64,000 nt of DNA from Thunnus thynnus (GCF_963924715.1 NC_089527.1:28314551-28378550), one strand, 5' to 3'. Counted from the stretch's first letter, positions 49,266-63,646 are shown. Numbers and translations: made by a program. The notes: a model not told the origin generated them from the sequence alone.

Positions 49266-52075
49266 ACCATGTAGACCAAAATTGCTTCTCTTAGCTCTTG
49301 GATAACTTTGTTCCTTAAACCTTTATAAATCAGCATGTCAGTGTCTCTTGTAGTTTTAATTGCCTGTCCTTAATTGCCTGAAATCTGTCCTCTTAATTAT
49401 ACAAATTATCTTCAATCAAGAAGTTTGTTGTAACTTTATGTGGAAACGTTCTTGTATTTACTCATCTTCAAACATTTTAAAATATTTTTTGTCATCAGGA
49501 AATTCCAAACACAATCAACATTTAACATGTTAGCATTCTAACCAATAATAGCATGCTAACATGCTAAATGTGACATTAGTAACACGCTACAGTAAGTTTA
49601 GCATGTTACAATGCAAAATGTGCCAAAATCACTTTACTTAAAGCAAGCAACCACCTATAGTGACTCATAACCAGCTTGTAATGTATTATATCTACCTATT
49701 CCTCAGGAATTTCATTACTCCACTTAAAGCACCCAGTGACCACTTAGAGTAGTTTACAATCACATTATAATGCATTACAAGATGATTATAATGTATTCCA
49801 ACTATGAGAATTATAAAACACTGTGACCCTTGCAAAAAAATGTCAGCGTGTGACCAGCAATGAAGTATTATGATACTTAACCTTATAGATTATAATAAAT
49901 TGCTTTATGTTATGATTATTAATATAAAGCTTTATGACATTTATGAGTGCTTACACCTATAATTATACACTGCTATAAGCAGAGTATAATGCATTTTAAG
50001 TATGTTTATGATGCATTATAGACATTGGTGTCAAAGAAGTGTTACCCAAATAGTTATGTATATCACATATAATCAACTTTGTTCAACCCTGAAAATTGCC
50101 ACTAAAATTGCCTTAAACTCAGATTTAAGGTGAGAAGCACAAACATCCAAATGATGCAACAATAAGCACAACATATTTTTGTTTGGAGGCAGATTTTAAT
50201 GTTAATACATAAACTAGTTACATTTACAGTGACTTTTAGAAAAGTTTCACTTTTCAACCAAATATCAAAACAAAAGATCTTAGCCTGGACACTTTTAACC
50301 TTCACACATATTCAACCAATATTGTATTTAATGCTGATGTTTTGCACAAAGTACCACGTAAAATAAAAATCTATATCACTCCTTTGAGTATTTTCTGCAC
50401 TTTGATCAAATGATGGTGTTTTTTTCTCTGACACTCAACCCACATTTACCTTTATTTTACCCAGCTACATTTAGCTATTTAAAAAAAAAAAAACAATCTA
50501 TGAAGTTTTCGATCATGCTCCATGGTAGGTGTATATGCAGTGAAAAATAATCTGTACTAGTGTGCTGCACTTCCGGCCAACCCAAATGAGGGTTCAAGCT
50601 GACTTAAAAGTGAATTCGCATAAACTGGCTTGTATATCATTAGTTATATCATACGTTCAAGCACCTTATTTGATCCATGTCATCAGGACATAGTTCAATT
50701 AAACAACAACAACTAAACAGTTAATGTTAAGCAATGTTGTGTAACTTTCAAAGTGCTTAGTAAGTATCCTACTTCAGTATCACGGAATTAACTTCTTACT
50801 TAACTATTTGTGTTTTAAGACAGCATCCCCAAATGTTAAGGCACCTTTCAGGTTGTCATATTTTTGGTCTGTAGCCAAAAATCATAACAAATGATCCTGA
50901 TTGAAAACTAGTTTTTATGGAAGATCAATATGTTGTGTATCAATATGTTGTGTACAATAATAAAACTATGATTGTAGTGGGAAGGTTAACATTTTTTCTT
51001 GCGTTTAATATATGTGAAGAAATAGCTAAGATATTTTTATTTTATTAAAAACAAAGAATTACTGATCTAGTGTATACTTTTATTGAAGAAGGATGCTTTC
51101 TCTTCCACTGGTCCAACGTTACTTCAGACAATCTCTGGTTGTCTTATTCAAAACAAAGCACTCACAAGTCCAGTTTTAGAGACCTGCACCTGACTTGACC
51201 TGTTAATGTAACATGAAACCTGATCTATAATCAACAGACTACACACTCAGTTAACAACACTTTATTTGTTACTTTCACATGACCAAAAAACAAGTCAGGT
51301 TAGCCTTAACTAGGATAAACAGATGTTTGCTTAATAGCACAAAGATCCCTGGTTTAACTGTAGGCTGATTTAAAGTTTTATAAAAGGATTAAAGGATTGA
51401 TGATTTTTTGAGCTACCTGGTGCAAGACTCTGACTCAAATGTAATGTTAGTGGTGGTATTACATGAATTTTTGTTGATTCAAATTTTACTTTCATCTGGT
51501 GGTGTGAAAGCTGAGCTTTGTGAGATCCCTGTATGATGATTTAAAACATGTTGTGATTGGAGACACAAAGCTTTTGCCACTCGCTTTGGAAGAACTGCTG
51601 AGAATGGTTTCAAAGCATTTTATACATTCAAAGGGAGGCATCTGCTGGCCAAACCTTGGTATTGAGCTCATGATCCAACAGTGAGTCAAACTAGCTGTCA
51701 GAGAAAGTGAGCGGGAGATTTTGAGATTTGAGATTTTGATAAACCTTTATGTGTTTATTTCTGTGGTGTCATCCAGTATTAGTATCCCGTCTCAAAATCT
51801 GACATGGAGACACAGAAAGAATGTGCTGAAATCAACAGTTTGATCCATTATCTTCAAATAAAAACTGATGTCATCAAAATAATTTGAAAGATGCAATAAT
51901 CACAAAAATTGTATTCATACATTCAACTGCAGCTAAAAATCCGCACCAGAAATGCTCCATAGTTGGTAGAATATCAATAAGTCAACTCTAGTCACATGTT
52001 ATGTTGTTTTAACCCTCATACTTTGGAAACAGACAGACTTGATTCTTGTCTAATTTCTAATGTTGTGTGTTACAG

Positions 52076-52218
52076 AGAAAACTTGTCCTGCAGGATGGAG
52101 GATGTTCAGATGTTCCTGTTATTTCCTCTCCAGTGAGTCTGGTTCCTGGTCAAGAGGTAGACAGGACTGCAGAGAGAAAGGAGCAGATCTGGTGGTTATA
52201 GACAGCACTGAAGAACAG
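52076..52218 (+). CDS. Gene C CTLD exon 1.
   Basis: Encodes (K)KTCPAGWRMFRCSCYFLSSESGSWSRGRQDCREKGADLVVIDSTEEQ. Confidence 0.8.
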
Positions 52219-53890
52219 GTACAGAGTGTTTGTTTGTATGCTTGCAAAGAAGCTATGCCTAATTGCAATCTTCCTGTACCTTGAAAAAAGCTAAAATACT
52301 TACTTATTAATTAAGTAATTAATTGATTTATATGGATCATTGGTGTTCAACACCTTGACAACAATAATTCAAATGATTTGAATGAACTTGTGCTGCTCTG
52401 TAGCATGTTTTGCTGGTATTCTTAAGTTTGCACATTTGCCTTAAAATCAAAGTATTTCATTGCATCTTTAGCAAGCTAGCTAACATTCTTTTAACCTTTC
52501 ACTATGTTTTAATCAAACTCCAGAAGCAATCACTCATACACTGCAAGTATTTAATCAGTACAAATCTGTGTATCAGTTTAAGAAAAAACATGATGATGTC
52601 TGGCAACAGGACTTCTGTATACAGTAATTTATGCACAATTTAATGACATTTCTTATTCCCTGATTCTTGAGAAAGATGAAGTTTATAAATAAAAATAGTT
52701 ATTAATAAGAATTCAAATAGTGCTAACACTAGCAGTCACTACATAAATGTGCTTGTAAATGAGGACAAATACAGGTCAGTCTGGGGGAATCAGTTCCCAC
52801 CAGGGGTGCAACAGATCACAAAACTCACAGTTCAGATCGTATCATGGTTTTGAGTCACGGATCGGATCATTTTTCGGGAAAGGAGAAAAAAGAAAAAGGA
52901 GACAAATATAACTTTGCTTTCCATTTATTCTGTAAAAGACTTAAAGCAAGGAACTTTTGCCAGTGGTCTTCTGTGAAAATATTCAAAATCTCCAATATTT
53001 AAATAAAACCTTAAAATATATCAAATATTCAGTACGAAATTGTTAAATTAAAATGCAATATGAGGCATGATACCTTTTTCTTTTAATCATGGTAGTGAAT
53101 GAAAAAATAGCCTGTGTCCACATCATCAAAACTTGATGATAACTTACAAACATGAGCACACGTCTTGTTTTGCAGTTTAGCTTGTTGAATGAGCCACCAA
53201 ACAAACATTCACCAGGGAAAAGTGCACCGCTAATGTCAGTCAGCAGCTAGATCACTAATTAGCTGCTCAGCTGCAGCACATTAAACATCATGTTAACATA
53301 GCTGCAGATGTCACTAAGGACCCACTAGATGCTGGTTTGGTTGTTGTTCTTCAAAATCCTGTTAGTGGCACGCTGTCTGTCCATGACTTGTAGCTACATC
53401 AGTTTGTTGACTTTGTCTCCAATGAGACATTACATTTTGCAGTTTATCCGCGGTTCACATTCATGCTGAACTGTGGGAGGCGATTCATACAGATCACAGA
53501 TCAACTACGTTCCATTACACCACTAGCTTCTACTAAGCTTTGTGCTGTCAATATTTTTTTTGTTTTGTTTTGTTTTCATTTAGTTTATCTATTTGTACAA
53601 ATAACAAGACACAACAACCCATAATGCATTAAAGGATTAAAGAAGGACTGTACAAGTGAGATTTTGAAAAAAACAAAAGGGCACCTCAAAAAAGTTTTTT
53701 TAAATGAATCTAAAATTTAAGTTTATCAAACAAGAAAAAAATATGATAATGATTATATTATTATATTTCAATAATAATAATGTTAAATGGATTCTTATCA
53801 AATATGTTCAGAGTAATCCTATGTAAACTGCATATTGTTGTTCAAACAACAATATAAATAATATGACTTTTTTCCCTTTTTTGAAAACAG

Positions 53891-53994
53891 ACATTCTTGT
53901 CTACCTTCACTGAGGTAGAAACTTGGATTGGTTTGACTGACAGAGACGAAGAGGGAACCTGGAAATGGATTGATGGAACACCACTGACTTTAAG
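53891..53994 (+). CDS. Gene C CTLD exon 2.
   Basis: Encodes TFLSTFTEVETWIGLTDRDEEGTWKWIDGTPLTL. Confidence 0.8.
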
Positions 53995-54606
53995 GTTTGG
54001 CTTCAGTTGGTTGTTTATTGACAACATACACAATCACTGCTGTATATTAGAGGTTGGTGATATGTATTAAATCTTCTATCACAGACAATGTGAGGTGACT
54101 GGCAGTTCCAGGTTGGTCTGAAGCTTTTCTGGTTAAATCATCAGTGCAAAATGATAATCATGAGAAAAAAATCAAACCAAACTACCATTTCATGGTGTAT
54201 CTGAGACGGAGTTTCTGGTCCACAGTCAAGTTTTACACTTCACCAACTGTACAGTACTGTAACTGATGACCAGAACACTATGGGGGTGTTTATTTATACA
54301 GGAGGCTCCTTTGTTGCTATTTGATGACTGCAAATTTATATTTAGGAAAAATACTACAGTGAACCTGCAGCCCTGTTCAATTTGCTACTTTATAGCTCAA
54401 AACTATACTAAGGCACATCATGCAAGATAGAATAAATTCCATTCTGTGATGTTTGTGAAGAAATATTATTTACAACCCTACTTCTTGCCAGGAAGAATAA
54501 GTACAATGAATAGTATGAGACACATTCAGTTTTCTTATGTTCCAGTGAAGGACTGTGTTCATGTCAGAGATTAAGTGTCACGATTCTCTTGTTCACTGAC
54601 ATGTAG

Positions 54607-54769
54607 TTACTGGGCAACAAATCAGCCTGATAATGGAAATGGAGTTCCGAAGGTCGGTGAAGAGGACTGTGTACATATCAGGTCTGGCAAGGAAACTGAA
54701 TACAACTGGAATGATCTGTCGTGTGATGCTTCTCTGCGGTGGATCTGTGAGAAAAATGCTGGTGTATAA
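54607..54769 (+). CDS. Gene C CTLD exon 3 with stop. Carries a QPD motif.
   Basis: Encodes (S)YWATNQPDNGNGVPKVGEEDCVHIRSGKETEYNWNDLSCDASLRWICEKNAGV*. TAA at 54767-54769. Confidence 0.8.
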
Positions 54770-57700
54770 TATGTAAAAATGCTTTTTCAAAGCAAACTAT
54801 GATTTTGCAAAAGGCAAATCAGTTTGTATGTGTGTGAATTTAAAACTTTTCTCTGCTGTGCTGATGACCTTTTGCTTCTGCTCTGCCTTTTTAAAGAGAT
54901 TTCTATAAATTAGATGTTTACAGCTTTTGCCAGAAGAGCTTCATTAACCAATTTCCAATGTTTCAAACAACTAAAAGAAGCAGACAGATAAAACAAATCA
55001 AACCTCTGCAAAATGCAACAGATTCATAAAAACCTTTATTTTGATTAATGTCTTAGCTAAAGATTTCATGATAGTTGAAAGTTGCAAAAAGCCTGATTGA
55101 GACCATTTATTATGACATCCCTCATATCATAATTAAACAATGTAATATGGATTTTGTGTAATTATGTCTTATTATATCATCAAATGACGCTTTCCTGAAA
55201 ATTTTTAAATGAAGTGTGTTCAGCAGCTGATAGATCTCTTTAGCAGAGGTCATCAGTGTTTGTGAATTTTTCTTGATAATTAGTGGTTTCACTCAGGAAA
55301 CACTTGCTGTTGTGAGAAAATTATCAAATTATTTTAGATGAATTGTAAATTAAAACTATTCAACAGTTGAGTCAATATAAAGTCAGTCAATTACAACATA
55401 TAAGCACTGTACTGGAGTCAGATGTTTGTCATGATGTCCTTTGTAATGCTGGTAGCTGATACTGGTTGTGGCTTTTTATGTAATTATGAAAACAATTAAA
55501 ATCTTTTTAAAAATTGAATTGAAAAGAAGTTAATGATATGATTTAAAGGTAGATTTGAGGATTGCTGTGGCTCTATAATGAAACCCTTGAGTTGAATCAC
55601 CCACAACAATTAAAATCTTTTTAAACAATTAATTTTTTTCAGTGTTTGTTTCTTTTATCATTAATTGTGCAGAAAAACCCTGTTCTACTGGGATGTGAGA
55701 GGTCAGCTACAGATGGGGATTTCATTCATTCAAAACTGAACTTGGTTAAAAGATGATCTGTCTTTTCACCACACTCTCATGCTGTATTCAACAGGCACTA
55801 AGTGAAGAAAACAACTCTAACAATAAAACAGAACGTCCTGTATCTCAATCTAGACAATCTACTGGATGAGATCTGAGACTGTCTTCACCAGAAAAATAAA
55901 AGCACTGGTTGTTTGTACAAGTGACTTGAGGAAGAGTTCAGGTGGACAGGTGGGTCAGCAAACCATGTGGCTTTGACATGAGGGACAGCTGTTCTTTTGT
56001 TTACTTAACTAAAACTACTTGGTTGGAGTTGAGGAAGGATTGTCTTCATGGTTCAAAGGAACCAACGTTGACTGTTAGACAGGACCGTTTGTACACCTAC
56101 CATCCATCACAACCTCCACCTCCAAGCATTAAGGTTCCCCAGAACTGTCTTTTGTGTCTATAGACCAGCTGCATGTGGACTTAATTGTCGAATGTAATAT
56201 TGGGCTTTATGACACAATGTAGATCATATTGTATATTATGTATCCTGCTGGACTTCAGTCTAAAGCAATATGACATCTTTAATGTGTATTGTGTATATAA
56301 TTAGACTTTTGTGTTGTGGTTCCTACACCTGCTGTAGGAACCAATACATATGATCTGTGTTGTTGGCTTGAAACAAAAGATGGTGCAGGTGTGATGTCAT
56401 CAGGGTAGAGTAAATATGTTTCATTCAGTATTTTTCAGAATTTTGGACCCTATTTTCAAGTGTAATTCCATAGGTCTATATTCAGTTTTCCTTTCAATTT
56501 TCTCAAAAAAAAACCCAAAAACTAACAGTCCCTGTTCTAAAAGTAGGGATCAATTTATTAAAATAAATCTCAGGTGAGCTCTGATATCACAGTGAAATAT
56601 CTAGCCATGACTTCAGGACTTGAATGGAAAATAATACAAGAAGTTTATGATATGATTTAAAGGTAGGTTTGAGGATTGCTGTGACTCTATAATGAAAGCC
56701 TTGAGTTGGATCACCCAAATCAACAAACTGAAAGGAGCTCCAGAATCTCAGGTGCTTTGAAAACCTTACAGCAGATAGTTGGTTTAAACAGTATACAGGT
56801 TATTATATATTCATTTTTTATAGTTGTTAAATCTATCATATGTCAGTTTTAAATATGAATTTTTGTCCCAGATTTAATTTTTAAAAAGTAAAATCCATTT
56901 CAAATCAGAAAATGTCATGATATAAGTTAAATCATATTCAAAGTAAACTTTGTGCAGTCAGGCTCTTTATGTGGTTGCACACGTGTGCATATGAAAGAGA
57001 AAAGAGATAGAGAGCAAGTGCACATACACAACTGTTTATTTTTTTCGTCTGACAAAATAAAGCCTGTCAAGTTAAAACCATATCTACACACTTGGGGGAA
57101 AGAGTCCTCGCTGGAGAAGTATGAGGGTAAAGTCACTCTAGGAGGATCTGCAGCAGTGGCTCCGTTGTGTGTGTCTGTGTGCAGGCCTGGTCAACTGCCT
57201 TATTTTTTTTCCTACCCGCATTCTGACCTGCCCCTACTCTGCCTCTGATTGGCTCTGATGCTGATATTCTTACCCTAACCATCTCACTCCTTATGCCTTG
57301 GCATAGGCACCCCATTAGATGGCCATCTATCATTAGACTGCTGTAATTCCTTATAAGTTGGTCTTAGTCAGTCTTCCATATCCCGCATGCCACTTATTTA
57401 AAATGCTGCTGCTCCTCCGTCACTCCTGTGTTGGCCTTTCTTCACTAGTTTCCTGTTCAGCATAGAATTAATGACAACATCTCACTGTTTCTCCTTATAT
57501 TTCTGACTTTTAAACCTTCCAACTGCTCTGGGTCTTTGAAGTCTTCTGATTTAAACCCATAAGTGCCACCATAAACACTGTTTTTTCCATTACACTGTGA
57601 TATTAGTATGTTATATGGGCTGCTAGGTGATACTGCTACATCAGTGTTGCTTGTTCTTACACAGCTGATTTTTTACATTGATGACAGTGGTGTCATGGAC

Positions 57701-58050
57701 ACAAGTACCACAAGGCTTTGCTTTAACTTATCTACTTCCTCAATGATACCCCTGTTGCCACTGTTCTGTGGAACAAATGTATTAGAGAGCAGTTTACAGA
57801 CATGTAAAATATGAACATTCTGTGTAAGAATGACAAAAAACATAAGCAGCCATTATTGGTATTATGAAAAACAATATGAATATTTTCTCTACGAGCGACA
57901 AATGAAAATCTCCTTCCAATGAGCTTACTACCAAACAGCATCCATATGTTTATTTCTGTTTAAAAAGTAAAACAAGACAAGAGACTTATGAAGTAAAATT
58001 TTACTCAAAACAATTTTTGTCTCCTGTAATTCTTGTGACTCAACAATCAG

Positions 58051-58109
58051 CAAATCTAGAGCTTATGCTTATGCAAATGTTGATTCAAGAACTTCAACAA
58101 AACAGACAG
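58051..58109 (+). pseudogene. Gene D exon 1 homolog lacking an in-frame ATG.
   Basis: Aligns to 46359-46410, but ATGGAGGCA is replaced by AGAGCTTAT. The frame reads ..SRAYAYANVDSRTSTKQT. Donor cag|gtaaaa retained. Confidence 0.5.
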
Positions 58110-58191
58110 GTAAAAATGTTGCACAAAGATCTCAATTATCATCTGTTCTTTTTACTGTATCATTGACTGTATTGACTGTTTCTCTGTTCAG

Positions 58192-58293
58192 GTCTGGGGA
58201 GCTCACAGGGGAGATTTCATGGAGCCCTTCTTGTCTTTCTGGGGCTGCTGAGTGTTTTCCTGCTGGCTGGACTCATCGGCCTCAGTGTCCACT
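58192..58293 (+). pseudogene. Gene D TM exon (intact frame).
   Basis: Encodes GLGSSQGRFHGALLVFLGLLSVFLLAGLIGLSVH. Confidence 0.6.
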
Positions 58294-60177
58294 GTGAGTC
58301 TGTTTCACATTCAGAAGTTTAAGTCAGACTGAATTTAGGAGGAACATTCTACAGCAAGATGCCTATTTTTCTTTTTCATTTATGTTGTACTGCTCTGCTT
58401 ATTCTCAGCCAAACTCTGCAGGTAGAGGTCTGGATGAACACGAGCATCACCTCAACTTTCTCCTTGGTGCCATATTTTAAACCATGTTTGAATGCTGGTG
58501 TAGGTCATATGTGTCATGTCTTTGATCTCTGGACACCTGCATGGACTTGTTTCAATGATGTTTCATAAAACTACATTAATAACAGGGAAAATATTCTCCC
58601 ATGTATCTGTATGTAAACGCCATTTTGCAGGTGAAAAAAAATACCTTTAAGGTTACTATGTGGGACAATACTTCAAATCTAAAAACATTAAGTTTGCCTG
58701 TAAAATAGTAACGGTACGGATACGTGTCACACTTCTTTGGTTTTTTTTACTAAGGTTAAATGCCCCCCTCTTTCTTTCTCTCTCAACCCAACTGGTCAAA
58801 GCAGATGGCCGCCCACAAAGAACCGAGTTCTGCTTGAGATTTCTACCCATTAAAGGGGAGTTTTTCCTTGCCGCTGACACCAAATGCTTAATCACGGGGG
58901 TTGTTGGGTCTCTGTAAATTAAAGAGTACAGTCTAGACCTGCTCTATGTGAAAAGTGCCCTGAGATGACTTTTGTTGTGATTTGGCGCCATATAAATAAA
59001 AATTGATTGATTGATAAAATTGAAATGTTATTGAACCTGTTGTGAGAAAACATCAGGGTGGCATAATATTTACAACATGCGCTGTATGTGCTGGGCTGCT
59101 CAGTGTCAAACACCAGGACTGCTTTTATGTCGCAGTCAAAGCTGGATGAAAATCTGAAAAAAAACTTGCTTTGAATAACTTCTAGAGATCTGGGAACGCG
59201 GTGATATTTTTTCTACTACAGTGGTTTGTTGTGGACAGAAATCCTTAGCTATTGTCATGGTTCTGTCCCAGTCTGGCTCTATGTCCTTACACCAGTCCAC
59301 CAGGTGCCCTCAGACTTTTTCCCTGTTTGTTGAACTGGACTGAGTGGCAGTAAGCCCTGGAAGTTGATATTGAAGTTTGCTTTCACTAGTTGTTCTCTTA
59401 AGGAAATGTGACTGAGGACTGTTGCTTGCTACACACTGACCCTCGTAGATACTATGTGCAAAAGTGAACTGAAAGTCAGAGCAACAGTTGCCTTTTTGTT
59501 GTTACATGCAGGCCACTCCACTTGACAAACTTATTATTTCATGTTTATGTCAACAGCAATGTATGTTTGAGTTGTTTAAAGACTCTAAGGTTATCAGTCT
59601 TATGTTGAGGTGTGTTTGCCGTTTCTGCTCAGTGTGACTTGTGTATTTAACTTATATTCATGTGTATGCTGGGTTTTTGGTTTTCAGTTTGCCCTGTGTT
59701 TTTCCTCCTGTATTCTCAGCCTGCTTTTCCTTCCACTCTTCCCTCCTCACCTGCCTGAACCATCTTCTTTAGCCCTGCTCTTTTCCCAGTGTTTTCCCAG
59801 CCTATCAGCCTCTTTTCCGTTCTTCTGTCTCATCTCCTCATTCCCCTCATCTGCTCACCTGCATCTCATCTCCTCATTATTTCAGTTAGTATTTCAGTCC
59901 TGTGTTTCAATTCAGTCTTGTTGGATCCTTTGTTCTGTAAAGTTCTGCTCTGTTTAGTCCGGTTTCTTTTTGCTCCATTTTGCTGTGCCTGCTCACCTTT
60001 TACTACAGAGACTTTCTTCAGTTCATTCTCGTTGTTTTGTCCTGCATTTGAGTCCACCTGCTCCGCTACTCCTGACAGCTATTTGCTTTAAAATGATACT
60101 GGAAGCTGTAATTAATGAATGTACATTTTAAGTGACTAAATAAACATAAATGTGACATGTCTTTTGATTTATTTCAG

Positions 60178-60354
60178 ACTACTATGTGTGCAGTTAAGCT
60201 GAAGATATCTCCATTATCACAGACAACCTGACTGAGCGTCTCCAGGACAGTAGTAACAACCTTTCTTCCATGTCTGAAAAGAGAGACCTGCTGCTTGCCA
60301 ACCTCACTGAAATAACTATAGAGATGGAAAAGCTTCAGAGTTTGTCTGTACAGA
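60178..60354 (+). pseudogene. Gene D neck exon with an in-frame TAA.
   Basis: Homolog of 47516-47683 with a 9-nt insertion and TCA changed to TAA (..YYVCS*AEDISIITDNLTERLQDSSNNLSSMSEKRDLLLANLTEITIEMEKLQSLSVQ). Confidence 0.55.
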
Positions 60355-62482
60355 GTGAGTGACATCTGTGGCTATACAGTACTGCACACACATTGTAGAA
60401 GAGCACTATGCTGAAAATAGAAGATGATGTGGCAATCTGTCCTATTAATTATATAAATTATCTTCAATCAACAAGTTTGTTGTAACTTGTTGATTGTAAC
60501 TGTAAAAAAACTTTGTGGATTCGTTCTTGTATTTACTCAACTTCAAACATTTTAAAATATTTTTTGTCATCAGGAAATTCCAAACACCGTCAACATTTAG
60601 CATGTTAGCATTCTAACCAATAATATCATGCTAATATGCTAAATGTGACTTTTGTAACACGCTACAGTAAGTTTAGCATGTTACAATGCAAAATGTGCCA
60701 AAATCACTTTACTTAGAGCAAACAACCACTTCTAGTGACTCATAACCAGCTTGTAATGTATTATCTCTACCTATTCCTCAAGAATTTCATTACTCCACTT
60801 AAAGCACCCAATGACCGGTTAGAGTAGCTTATAATCACATTATAATGCATTACAAAAATGATGACTATTTATGAGTACTTATAACTATAATTATACAGTG
60901 CTATAAGCAGATTATAATGCATTATGAATATGTTTATAATGCATTACAGACATTGGTGTCAAAGAAGTGTTACCCAAAAGGTTATGTGTATCACACGTAA
61001 TCAACTTTGTTCAACCCTGAAAATTGCCACTAAAATGATCTTGAAACAAAAGTTTCCACATCACTCTCAGGTAACTGCACACTTGACCAGGATTGGCTTC
61101 TAAACTACTTGTGATGTCACAGATCATGCTGGCAGGTTTCTCACCTTTAACTCAGATTTAAGGTGAGAAGCACAAACATCCAAATGAAGCAACAATAAGC
61201 AAAACACATTTTTGATTGGAGAGGGATTTTAATGTTAATAAATAAACTAGTTACATTTACAGTAGACTTTTAGAAAAGTTTTACTTCTCAACCAAATATA
61301 CAAAAGATCTTAGCCTGGACACTTTTAACATTCACACACATGCAGCTGATATCATATTTAATGCTGATGTTTTGCACAAAGTACCACATAAAATAATCAT
61401 TAATATCACTCCTTCAAGCTGATGTAAAAGTGAATGCACATAAACGCTGATGTTTGTCCAAGTGCTCATTTTTCTGATAAGTTTGTTTTTAATTATTTAT
61501 TTGACTATATAAAAAGGGGTTGTGACAGCCACACTCAAACCTCTGTCAGGCAGTGGAACAGCTGAGTGGGTGTGTCCCACGGGCTGTCATCTCGCCTCCC
61601 AACCATAGACGGTAAAAAAACATGGATGTAGTCATCATGACGTCACCGATTGGTTTGTGGACTGCCGGTTTGAAACCTTGTGTTTAGCGATTTGACACTG
61701 AGTGGTCACTTGTGGTATTGCAGCAAAAAAAAATCCCCTGCAGCCTAAAACGTATTTTCCCCATAGACCACCATTGTAAAAGAGGCAACTGTAAAACTGT
61801 TAGCAGGACACTTTGAACTGCAAACAAGGTCAATTATGTATCTTTCTATTATGAATTTTTGATCCATGGAGGTTTTTCATTTGTAAAAATTTTCTTGAGC
61901 CAAGGAAAGCCATATAAAAATCGGTGACATCGTCACAATGTAAAGTCTATATTCAGTGGGCTGCACAACATGGAAGGGTGCCATTTTTGGTCCGGTAGCT
62001 CTTATAATACATCCATGCTTGCTCCTGACTCTACTACACAGACTCGAGCTCCAAATTACTTCACACAAGCAAGATGGCAGCTCCCTGAAATGAGATATTT
62101 TGGCTTCACTTTTGCATAGAAGTAGGAAGCGGAGACACATCATAATGCAGCTTCTTTGCACTATTTTTGCTTAAGACTATTTTTATACTGCCCTCCTTGT
62201 TCTGATGGGTGTCATGTGAAATAATAAGTAACTACTAATTTGTGGTAGTACTGGCAGTACTTGTAGACTGTGAGGAATCATTAGATGAAGCATTAGTCTG
62301 GGTTTGATGACACAATTTTATCCTGCTCTTGGTTAAGGCTGTTTGGATTCATCCTCCATTGTATAAATTATGCACATTAGGGGTTCATGCACTGAAAACA
62401 GTTTTTGAAACCAGATATTGACAAAGAGAAGGACATAAGCTGTGTCTACTCTTTAATGTCTCTTGTTTAACATGTTTTACAG

Positions 62483-62625
62483 AGAAAACTTGTCCAGCAG
62501 GATGACGTATGTTCAGTTTTACTTGTTATCTCATCTCCACTAAATCTGGTTCTTGGGAAAAAGGCAGAAAAGACTGCAGAGCCAGAGGAGCAGATCTGGT
62601 GGTCATAGACAGTTATGAAGAACAG
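62483..62625 (+). pseudogene. Gene D pseudo CTLD exon 1 (TGA shared with 16472-16613).
   Basis: CPAG*RMFSFTCYLISTKSGSWEKGRKDCRARGADLVVIDSYEEQ. The same TGG-to-TGA change as in A', but without the 1-nt deletion. Confidence 0.65.
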
Positions 62626-62970
62626 GTACTCTGCGTGTGTATGTGTGTGTGTGTTTGTGTATGTGTGTGCTGATAATGTTGACTGTCTACCCTGTACTGT
62701 ACATAAGACATGTATGTCCTGGAAGAGGGTTCCCTCCTTTGCTGCTCTTTATTTAGTTTTCTCATGTGTTTTTTTGTCATCCATCAGTGTTTAGCCTCCT
62801 AACCCTCCCTATTGCTTTATGCACAAATTCCAAAAGAAAAAGGTTTTTCAAGTTTTTTTTTTAAATGAATCCTTATCATAATTGTTCATATTAATCCCTG
62901 TAAATTACCTTTATAATATGGTTGAAACTAAATATAAATACAGTGGCTTTCTTTCCTTCACATTGAACAG

Positions 62971-63074
62971 GAATTCCTCACTAATATTACAAAGCAAGAA
63001 AGTTGGATTGGTTTGAGTGACAGAGAAAAAGAGGGAACCTGGAAATGGACAGAAGGAACTCCACTGACTCAGGC
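62971..63074 (+). pseudogene. Gene D CTLD exon 2 (subfamily 2). The downstream exon 3 was not found before the window end.
   Basis: Encodes EFLTNITKQESWIGLSDREKEGTWKWTEGTPLTQ. Donor ggc|gtaagg. Confidence 0.55.
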
Positions 63075-63646
63075 GTAAGGCAGAAATTTTATTCACACCT
63101 ACTCCAAGGTTGTTTTTGTTTGTTTGCTTATTTTGTTTGTTTTATTGGTTTGTTTGTTTGTATTATTATTACTTTAGTATAAAAGGTGTTACTACATCAT
63201 TATTTTTATATTATCTGTCACTATGATAATTATTATTCATTATTATCTATATTATTTCATATTTATTATCAATGATGCAACAACAATCATGATGCTTGTC
63301 ATTGTCATTTTCACTTATCATTCTCATTGTTATAGAAATAGTTATCATGAATGCTGTTACACATGCCATTATTGACATCAGGAGAAGGATGATGTATATT
63401 AATATTATTATATAGACAGCTATTATTAATATTAGTACACATGTTTATAGAATGATGATTATGATGTTGATTACTGTGGATAATTTATGTAATAATGGTC
63501 TATCAATTTTTGCATAGATTATTATCAGGATGAAAAGATGATGATACTACTATTATTATGATTATTATTGTCATGATTATTATACATATTAATGGGATGA
63601 TGATGACAACAATATTATTTATCTATGCTTTTTATAGAATTTGATG

